5,791 nt of DNA from Amoeboradix gromovi X-113 (Eukaryota; Fungi; Sanchytriomycota): positions 1-5,791 of the forward strand of contig JADGIF010000627.1 of assembly GCA_018985225.1 (NCBI GenBank), given 5' to 3'. The notes under the pieces are model-generated. The model did not search any database, was not told the origin of the DNA, and saw only the letters and a program-made list of their open reading frames with translations. Each line of letters begins with the position of its first letter. Within the stretch, counting starts at the first letter, position 1. The translations under genes and the position numbers were made by a program. Of the stretch, positions 1 through 5,791 are shown in pieces.

Positions 1-153
1 CATATGGCAGCAAGGAACATATACATCAAGTATATGCATCTTTATTCAATCCCGCCTCAGGGTAGTGAAAGCGTGAGCAATCACTGTAACGGAGCATCTA
101 GCATTAGTTTCTCTGTGGAAATTCTCGATTTTCTCGGAAATCAGGAATTTTAA
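1..153 (+). CDS. 3' end (partial, 50 aa) of a probable Fanzor/TnpB-family RNA-guided nuclease, starting just after the expected RuvC-III Asp
   Basis: Frame +1 is open from base 1 to TAA 151-153 and reads HMAARNIYIKYMHLYSIPPQGSESVSNHCNGASSISFSVEILDFLGNQEF*. xxAARNIxIK matches the tail of the TnpB/Fanzor RDxNAARNI motif. The RD itself would lie just outside the window, so the call rests on a short motif plus the overlapping structured RNA. Confidence 0.6.
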   Translation, partial: HMAARNIYIKYMHLYSIPPQGSESVSNHCNGASSISFSVEILDFLGNQEF

Positions 154-207
154 CGAGGAGAACGTCTAATGACAACGCGTTTTCGCCTTGCGCATAGGTA
201 CTGAGGT
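54..207 (+). ncRNA. Candidate omegaRNA scaffold overlapping the 3' end of the Fanzor-like ORF
   Basis: Manual pairing: closing stem CCTCAG 55-60 / CTGAGG 201-206. Hairpin 62-87 (GTAGTGA/TCACTGT, inner GC-GTGA-GC with a GNRA tetraloop). Long irregular hairpin 102-171 (CATTAG/CTAATG, TTCTCT/GGAGAA, GAAATTC/GAATTTT, GATTTT/GAAATC). The G.U pairs (54:207, 62:87, 63:86, 114:157, 118:151, 132:137) form on the + strand. Confidence 0.55.
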
Positions 208-353
208 CTATAACCTTTCCATTGGAATAGTTTTATATGCGACTAGTACTGAAGAAGCTAGACAAGATCGGTAAGCAAATATTCAAATTTTGGCGGCTTC
301 AACATTAATTTAAGTGTTTGATTGTTCCTCCATCAGTTGAGGGTGCAGCAAGT

Positions 354-388
354 GCACTATTATAGCTGAGTAGCATTATTATAGCTGA
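354..388. repeat. 16-bp direct repeat GCAYTATTATAGCTGA (period 19)
   Basis: 354-369 GCACTATTATAGCTGA and 373-388 GCATTATTATAGCTGA, 15/16 identical. Confidence 0.85.
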
Positions 389-429
389 AGCTTCTTAAAA
401 AGCAAACTATATAACACTAGCTTGCTATC

Positions 430-452
430 AGCATAATTATGAGCATAATTAT
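430..452. repeat. 11-bp direct repeat AGCATAATTAT (period 12)
   Basis: Exact copies at 430-440 and 442-452; includes the palindrome CATAATTATG at 432-441. Confidence 0.8.
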
Positions 453-456
453 TTAT

Positions 457-1621
457 TCAGTACCACAGAGAGGCATAACTGCCTACTAAACCTAAAGCCA
501 GTGGCCCGCCACCTACAAATAGTCTAGTTCTATCGGAGTCATACGACATGGTGTAAATCGCGTTTCTCAGTCTAATCCCGTACATGGTCCTTAGGTATTC
601 ATGATTGCTATAATCCTAAATTAGATGTAAATACGAACCATCCTTCGCCACTAACGTGAAAGGACTTGTCAGCTATAGGTAGGTAGTCTCTTGCTGTGAA
701 GTCGTAAAATGATATTCTACCTTTTCCTCCGCCTATCGTAAGTAGGTCGTTGTGTAAAATAAGGCTGCGAATTCCCCAACCTTCATCCTTTCCTTCAACC
801 GAATGTATTATTTTACCCATTCTACTGTCGTATACTGTAACATGGGTTTGGCTGCCTACTGCATAAATGTTATGAGAAATAGACGATGAAATCATTTCCT
901 GACCGAATTCTGGTTTGAAGGTTGATATCACCTCGCCATTGATGAGATCCCATATCTTGCAGGTTTGGTCAGCGGAGCATGTATAAACCTGATTTCTGAA
1001 ATGATCGACTGCCAAATCTCGTACTCTTCCTGAATGGCCATTCATAATCAACTTTGGTCTAAATATTGGCAATTGATCTTTCGTAGAACCTGAATAATAA
1101 GTGGAACTCAGCTCCCACAATCCTACTCGCATATCCCTTGAGCAACTGGCTAAAGTATGGTCATCTATAAACTCTAATTGAAATACTAAATCATCGTGAC
1201 CTTGGCATACCGCTATCGGTATTAGTTCCGGTAGCCGCATAATTAATATTTCGTAAGGCTTTCCACCACTGACACCCATAAGTGTCTTGCTGGGATTTAA
1301 AACCAGCGAGTGAATCCCTTGGCAATAACTCGTGGTGTGCGTGGTATAATCCGGATCGGGTGTAGGAAACATGGTTGGAATAGGTATTACTTTTTCTTCG
1401 CTTATCAATAATAACCTATTACATTTAGTGCCTATTAATAAATCTCTCTCATTTAACCAAACACTACTAAATATCTTATCTATTTTATTCGTTTTATATG
1501 GGTGATCTTCCCAAAATACATGTAATTGCTTCAAATAATCAGTCTTTCGTGTTGCTATCGGTACATGAGTCTGTTTTATTGGGCTTGAAGGTAATGAAAA
1601 CTGATCTTTAATATTCAGCAT
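457..1621 (-). CDS. DCAF12: DDB1- and CUL4-associated factor 12-like WD40 protein; exons 1621-635 and 615-457 (381 aa), possibly with a micro-exon from ATG 1654
   Basis: [36 protein letters not shown] and GHDDLVF...SCSRD...LWE resemble DCAF12 and WD40 repeats. Removing intron 634-616 adds [52 protein letters not shown] (TGA 459-457), which matches the characteristic DCAF12 C-terminus (NAxYTxxYDxxxTxLFVxGGPLxxGLxGxYAxLW). Confidence 0.9.
616..634 (-). other. 19-nt spliceosomal intron GTATTTACATCTAATTTAG
   Basis: GT...AG with a CTAAT branch-like motif just before TTAG. Removal keeps GEGW and restores the frame of the conserved C-terminal exon. The 23- and 27-nt alternatives run into stops, and a 31-nt alternative is in frame but loses the Trp. 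Confidence 0.8.
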
Positions 1622-1624
1622 GAC

Positions 1625-1648
1625 CTAAATAAAATTTAGAGACGCAAC
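1625..1648 (-). other. Possible 24-nt first intron of the DCAF12-like gene (GTTGCGTCTCTAAATTTTATTTAG)
   Basis: An in-frame ATG at 1654-1652 sits in AAATAAAATG context. It is separated from ATG 1621 by an in-frame TAG (1627-1625) that is also a TTTAG acceptor. Splicing would give MTVMLNIK... Confidence 0.4.
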
Positions 1649-1726
1649 AGTCATTTTATTTTATTTTATTTTGAATTTATGGTCATGTAAACTCTTTATT
1701 ATTATAATACATTTTTATTTATTAAA

Positions 1727-1938
1727 TGAGCTAGCTCACTACTATTCAAATCATCAAATACATTTAAGTCATACGGGACGCTCTTATCAAAATTTCCCGT
1801 AAAACAACGCGCTATTCTTTTCAATTCATACAGTTGAGTACTGGAATTTTCATGATAAAGATGGACCACATGGGACCCAATTTCAGAAAATGTCCCCAAA
1901 TCCAAGTCAGAGGACCTCCTGGAAAGAGTCAGTCCCAT
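1727..1938 (-). ncRNA. Hairpin-rich region directly 3' of Fanzor relic A; candidate omegaRNA / element right end
   Basis: Inverted repeats: ATGGGAC 1870-1876 / GTCCCAT 1932-1938, enclosing (minus strand) TCCAGG/CTTGGA; AATTC..CAGT/ACTG-GAATT at 1823-1848; TACGGGA 1772-1778 / TCCCGTA 1795-1801; palindrome TGAGCTAGCTCA at 1727-1738. Confidence 0.4.
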
Positions 1939-1960
1939 AATATACCATCAAGCTTTTTTC

Positions 1961-2510
1961 TCAATATGAAAATGCACTAGCCATATCTCTTTCAAAATAG
2001 CTTGGTTGATTAGCACTTGAGCATATGCTGCAGAATCTTAACCGATAACAATCTTCATATTCTGTCTTAATGTTTTTAATGTCGTCTTGTTCACAAACAA
2101 GGCAGCATTCTGACGTCTTTCTTTCGTATCTGATGACATGAAGATTTCGGGTTACTAGTGTGGTTTCTAGGTGTTGCTCCTACTTAGACATAATGACACT
2201 TTGTCAGAACAGACTTCATGTATCAGTTTCGATCAGTTACGAAAATATTCCATTTTTTGAAAACTTTGTTAATTTCAATATATGATTAGTCCTGAATGTA
2301 GTCTACATACCATCAGCACCTCGAGAGTTGTTTCTGCAAAAAACTGGATTTGTTTCATAATACAATTAGGATACCAACCATAAAAACTGGACCAAACTAT
2401 TTACAACACTTCTTAACAATTTCTGAAAAGATTTCAAATCTCATGTCAAGTTAACAAGGTTTGTTTATGAAATTGGCGAATGACTCTAAATCAAAAGTAG
2501 AAGTTCTGCA
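1961..2510 (-). pseudogene. Decayed Fanzor/TnpB-like nuclease (relic A)
   Basis: 72 stop-free codons at 2179-1964: EQHLETTLVTRNLHVIRYERKTSECCLVCEQDDIKNIKTEYEDCYRLRFCSICSSANQPSYFERDMASAFSY*. This gives E-x2-TS-x2-C-x2-C ... R-x3-C-x2-C ... RD (E at 2125, RD at 1990-1985). Upstream in another frame (2507-2373): RTSTFDLESFANFINK...SEIVKKCCK*FGPVFMVG, which resembles the Fanzor helical/bridge region. Several stops and at least one frameshift; no RuvC-I motif found. Confidence 0.7.
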
Positions 2511-2762
2511 TACCAAGAAATGCAAAAGAAAAAGGATGAATAAACGCCTCAATTAGATATTTTGTTGTACGATTACACGGTAAGAACCCAGACCTTTTTA
2601 TTCTAGGATTGGCCCAACCCATTCTGTTAATTCATATCAACCTAACACAATTAAATTTTTTGGAAAGATTAACTTTACTGAGATGTAAATAAAACATAAC
2701 CACGAGTCAGGTTGCCGTTACGCGCCTCACATTGAAGACTTACGAAGTAAACCAAATTAAAA

Positions 2763-3968
2763 TCACATTTTATCGTTGCCATCATCAAGGCCCTGTAGTA
2801 CAGAGCTACTGTAGTGTCCACTAGGAATTTTAGCCATAATTTCCTCTAAAGTGAAATAATACTCTTCCTTAAACCATTCCTTTGGCAATATAAACAAATC
2901 GTCGATAAAATCATCCAAATTTGCATTTTTAGTAGCATAATTTACGCATGATAATACTAAAGCTAAATAGTCTAGCATAAATGGAAATCTTGTAGGTTGG
3001 ATGAGAAACAGCAAATTTGTAGAATTCTTTAATTCGCTTGGAATCCACGATACATCTGCTTTATTCATACAAGCGAGCCCGCTGATATCATCCAACTGAA
3101 GAAATAGTATGGTGTAGCAGTACTCTATAACAAAGAAGTATTCCCATACTTGCCGGAATTCTTGCTGATGTAACAACGGCATTTCGCTACACTGCTTCTT
3201 AACGAAAGAGTAATGATAGAAGTACTTATTGCTTTCTATATCAGGATTGAATTCGTTCTCTATATGTATTGACTCGGTTGGATGCAAATACTTTTTAACA
3301 CTGTCCAATGCAAAATTCATTTTATTTTTGATCAAAAACGAAGTCTTATGGTTGGTCAGTTCTATCAAGTGACTCACAGGAATCTTTTGAGGAATTAAAA
3401 GGTTTAGTCGAGCTGCCATTGTTTGAAGGTTCATGAAATCTTCGTCAGAGAACGAAAGGTAATCTACATGCGCTTTTTTAATTTCAAATTCTTCTTCGAC
3501 CTGTTTGATTTCTAATTCTAGAGTTGATATATCATCATCTAACTCGATTTTAAGAGACTCGAGATGTTGAATAAAGTGATCCAGGCTGATAGCATCTTTT
3601 TCCTTTTCTTCAACAATTATACCTTGACCTCTCAATAGCGGTATGTCGGAATCATCTTCAATGTCAATATAGTTATTGTAGTTTGATGACATTTTGAATT
3701 TATGTTCATTATTAAATTTGACTGGAGTCAAACTATTTTGATCGTCTTCATGACTATCATATTCATAGTCCGATTCTTTTTTGTCGGGTTCCTTTTGAGC
3801 TATTAAATCGTCAATGTTTTCTTCCATCTTTTTTTTTGATGGCAATTCAGCTTCTATTTTCCTTCTCTTCGACTTAATTATTAGTGGATTAGAAGTGGCA
3901 GTATCCAAAGGCTCCTCAATATCTTTCTTTTGAACATTTCCAGCCTTTCTGTTCCTTTTTTTAAACAT
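2763..3968 (-). CDS. 401-aa probable nuclear protein with a basic N-terminus, acidic linker and coiled coil; possibly a divergent GCFC2/PAXBP1/Ntr2-like spliceosome disassembly factor
   Basis: Long uninterrupted ORF. The first ATG is 3968 (MFKKRNRK); the ORF track start at 3980 is TTG. NLS-like KSKRRK and heptad segment ISLDHFIQHLESLKIELDDDISTLELEIKQVEEEF. The coding call is strong; the family assignment is only a weak resemblance in architecture. Confidence 0.7.
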   Translation of the reverse strand: MFKKRNRKAGNVQKKDIEEPLDTATSNPLIIKSKRRKIEAELPSKKKMEENIDDLIAQKEPDKKESDYEYDSHEDDQNSLTPVKFNNEHKFKMSSNYNNYIDIEDDSDIPLLRGQGIIVEEKEKDAISLDHFIQHLESLKIELDDDISTLELEIKQVEEEFEIKKAHVDYLSFSDEDFMNLQTMAARLNLLIPQKIPVSHLIELTNHKTSFLIKNKMNFALDSVKKYLHPTESIHIENEFNPDIESNKYFYHYSFVKKQCSEMPLLHQQEFRQVWEYFFVIEYCYTILFLQLDDISGLACMNKADVSWIPSELKNSTNLLFLIQPTRFPFMLDYLALVLSCVNYATKNANLDDFIDDLFILPKEWFKEEYYFTLEEIMAKIPSGHYSSSVLQGLDDGNDKM

Positions 3969-3990
3969 GAGTGGAAGCAAATTTCAAATC

Positions 3991-4161
3991 GGAGGCAAAT
4001 GGGACACTCCACAAAAACTATAAACTTTTTTAAAACCAAAAAGTTCAGTTATTCAGGCAGACATGTCCATATTTTATCGCCTACGCTTCAAGATAACCCA
4101 TTGCTTCCGATTACTCTTCGTTGCGAGTCTAATCCTTCACCATTGCGCAGTAGATAGTGAA
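3991..4161 (-). ncRNA. Candidate omegaRNA scaffold overlapping and following the 3' end of Fanzor relic B
   Basis: Consecutive hairpins on the minus strand: TTCACTAT/ATGGTGAA (4161-4136); GATT-ACTC/GAGT-AATC (4134-4109); GGTTAT..TAGGC-GATA/TGTC-GCCTG..ATAACT (4098-4047); TGAACTTTTT/AAAAAGTTTA (4047-4021); GGAG/CTCC (4010-3991). The non-Watson-Crick stem pairs are G.U on the minus strand and A.C on the plus strand. Confidence 0.5.
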
Positions 4162-4720
4162 TAGCCGTTGCTTACACATTCAGATCTTAATCTACGACTA
4201 CACCGCATTTCGTGCACTGGCGCACCTTGTACCTCTGCTTATATTGCCATCGTTCCAAATGACAGCTGGTGCAATCTTGGGTTGTTTTAAACAGGACCAA
4301 GTAAGACCGATGATCTTCTGCCAAATCAGTACACTGGTTTCTTGTTTAGGTTATTGCAACGGCCATTCAAGTTATTCTTGTAACGGCCGTCACGATAGTA
4401 ATTCACTTTATTGTAAGGTTCTTTCACTTTTTAATCTTGCTTAGCCGATTGCTTACGTTTTAATTGTTTTGGTAATTGATTTGAAATTGGCTTTGCTTGC
4501 GCTTAATGGAGGTTTTAGTGTTAGTGTTAGTGCAAAACTCTGCTAAGACCTATACAACGCAGTTTTCGGAACTTCTTTAAGGGTTTGGATATCTAACAAC
4601 TCAAAATAATTTCCAGTTTAGCAATGTTTTTACACTTTTAGCATACCTTTGATATCACAAGGCATATGAGTTTGAGAGTTACAATCTATTTGCAGCTTGA
4701 AGAATATCATATTGCGACTG
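4088..4720 (-). pseudogene. Decayed Fanzor/TnpB-like nuclease (relic B)
   Basis: The frame through 4288-4088 reads ...SYLVLFKTTQDCTSCHLERWQYKQRYKVRQCTKCGVVVD*DLNV*ATAIHYLLRNG..., i.e. KT(T/S)QxCxxC...CxxCG-x3-D(R)DxN, the TnpB/Fanzor zinc finger plus RuvC-III, with TAA (4189-4187) at the Arg position. Other frames upstream give KKPVY*FG and LKKFRKLR (FRKLR at 4571-4557). The 5' boundary is approximate. Confidence 0.75.
4515..4532 (+). repeat. (TTAGTG)3 microsatellite
   Basis: Three exact tandem hexamers at 4515, 4521 and 4527. Confidence 0.85.
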
Positions 4721-4793
4721 CAACCTGCATTAGGCTAGCACGCTAGCTAACATTAATAATATGGAATTGCATTTCTGGTTAGAATAAAAGTAT

Positions 4794-5357
4794 TTACTTG
4801 TATTTTTGATGAAAGTGAGAAGTGATCAAGTTCTTGACGTTCTGGCATCCTTCATAACATTGATCAAATAAAGTTAAATCACCATCTAGTATACAATGCG
4901 TAACATCTTCTTTGCAACAAACCATCAACGCCTTTTCCTTAGTTGTGTTTTCACAGTGACCACTTACAATCCCCAACATTGGAATATTAGCATCTATAAG
5001 AGCCAAGGATACAGCGTTTATACAGTTAAAATCGCCTTTACCACTAAGCACTTCTATTTGAACTCTAATTACGGTATTTGGTATTTCACTAAAACAAATG
5101 CAAGGAAACATAGACTTTTGTATAGAATGAGATATAGATTCATTCGATTTGCACTCCACTATAAAAAAGCTACCCTTCTGAGTACACGGATGCAAAATCA
5201 CTCGTGCTATAATTAATTCATCGCCGCTTTCTAGTAAACAGCTACCGTGGCAGCCTGATAAGAATCCAGTATTTATGTACATAGTTTTGGGTTTAATCTC
5301 GTCTACATGCATAAAATCTTGAGAAATCAAAGGTACAAAGGACTTCACAGAATACAT
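4794..5357 (-). CDS. RNA exosome core subunit with RNase PH fold (Mtr3/Rrp41/Rrp46 group), 187 aa from the first ATG
   Basis: MYINTGFLSGCHGSCLLESG corresponds to the GxxxxAxGSAyxExG motif, and PNTVIRVQIEVLS...CINAVSLALIDANIPM to the PxxxIxxxxxVLxxDG...NAxxLALxDAGIPM motif. The ORF track start at 5408 is GTG; the first ATG is 5357. Stop is TAA at 4796-4794. The paralogue cannot be resolved by eye. Confidence 0.85.
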   Translation of the reverse strand: MYSVKSFVPLISQDFMHVDEIKPKTMYINTGFLSGCHGSCLLESGDELIIARVILHPCTQKGSFFIVECKSNESISHSIQKSMFPCICFSEIPNTVIRVQIEVLSGKGDFNCINAVSLALIDANIPMLGIVSGHCENTTKEKALMVCCKEDVTHCILDGDLTLFDQCYEGCQNVKNLITSHFHQKYK

Positions 5358-5750
5358 TTCAAGGGGAATCTGACTTGGGGAACGGCCCCAAATATGACCC
5401 GGATGCACTCCCTGTGGTGCTTTGTAGAGTTTACTGAACCCCGTTTATTTAACTATAATTATGCAATAATAATATAGTAAACCTATTATGCTTATATTAA
5501 CAGATCCTTTTTGTTATATCTTTGAATAGGACAAAAGAATCATATTCTCATCAAGAACGAAATAAAGAACATCAAGAGCAAAACAGGAGGCGAATCAACT
5601 TGCTGCCGAAATCTTCTAAAGAATAATTTCAGCTCGATTGTTTTCTTGAATACATCATTTATCGCGAATTTTTATGTATTTTTGTATCATTTCAAGACTT
5701 TTCCAGATTTTTCTAATAGCTTAAACACTCGATATTCTTCCTTTTCGCAA

Positions 5751-5791
5751 ATGGTAAATCAATTCTAAATAAATAACTAACAGGTACAGCA
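5751..5791 (+). CDS. Probable 5' end of a gene: ATG, then a 30-nt intron (5754-5783), then GTA CAG CA (M-V-Q-...); truncated by the window edge
   Basis: AAATG|GTAAATCAATTCTAAATAAATAACTAACAG|GTACAGCA has a GTAAAT donor and an ACTAAC branch site fused to AG, preceded by the pyrimidine tract TTCTTCCTTTTC. Too little coding sequence to name a product. Confidence 0.55.

Noticed and set aside
110-170. RNase P/MRP-like GGAAATTC and GAGGAGAACGTC motifs
   Set aside because: No matching CR-V/P4 partner was found, and these bases are accounted for by the 102-171 hairpin.
354-452. CRISPR-like array
   Set aside because: Only two-copy repeats with 1-3 nt gaps and no spacers, in a eukaryotic context.
1702-1938. 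78-aa minus-strand ORF as a standalone gene
   Set aside because: No motif; better explained as the structured 3' region or a frameshifted tail of relic A. Not fully excluded.
2292-2310. 19-nt GTATGT...CAG intron-like stretch on the minus strand
   Set aside because: Removing it gives no open frame in any phase.
3930-4157. 75-aa plus-strand ORF
   Set aside because: Starts at TTG, is antisense to the 401-aa gene start and the structured RNA region, and has no recognisable motif.
4157-4444. 95-aa plus-strand ORF
   Set aside because: GTG start; it is antisense to Fanzor relic B, whose motifs are on the minus strand.
4515-4532. Telomere-like repeat
   Set aside because: Only three TTAGTG units at an internal position; simple slippage explains it.
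4896-5216. 106-aa plus-strand ORF
   Set aside because: Lies entirely antisense within the exosome subunit gene and shows no family features.
457-5357. Stop-codon reassignment (e.g. TAR=Gln) to explain in-frame stops
   Set aside because: The long host ORFs have no internal TAA/TAG, TAA ends the exosome gene and TGA ends two others. The stops are confined to relics that also carry frameshifts.
5500-5760. Degenerate coding-like sequence on the minus strand
   Set aside because: All frames are interrupted by stops and no family motif was recognised.

Overview
AT-rich, gene-dense eukaryotic DNA, probably a compact early-diverging fungus or fungal relative (inferred from CTAAY branch sites and 19-30 nt GT-AG introns), using the standard genetic code. 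There are three host genes on the minus strand: a DCAF12-like WD40 protein completed by a 19-nt intron, a 401-aa acidic/coiled-coil protein (possibly GCFC2/PAXBP1/Ntr2-like), and an RNase PH-fold exosome core subunit. A probable plus-strand gene starts at the right edge. The main signal is missing from the ORF track: three intergenic gaps each hold a different Fanzor/TnpB-like (RuvC + zinc finger) sequence. One is a C-terminus running in from the left edge (HMAARNIYIK) and two are decayed relics (~1961-2510 and ~4088-4720). Each is followed on its own strand by a chain of hairpins whose G.U pairs form only on that strand, as expected for omegaRNA scaffolds. All family calls come from motif recognition by eye and all RNA structures from manual pairing; no searches or folding were run.
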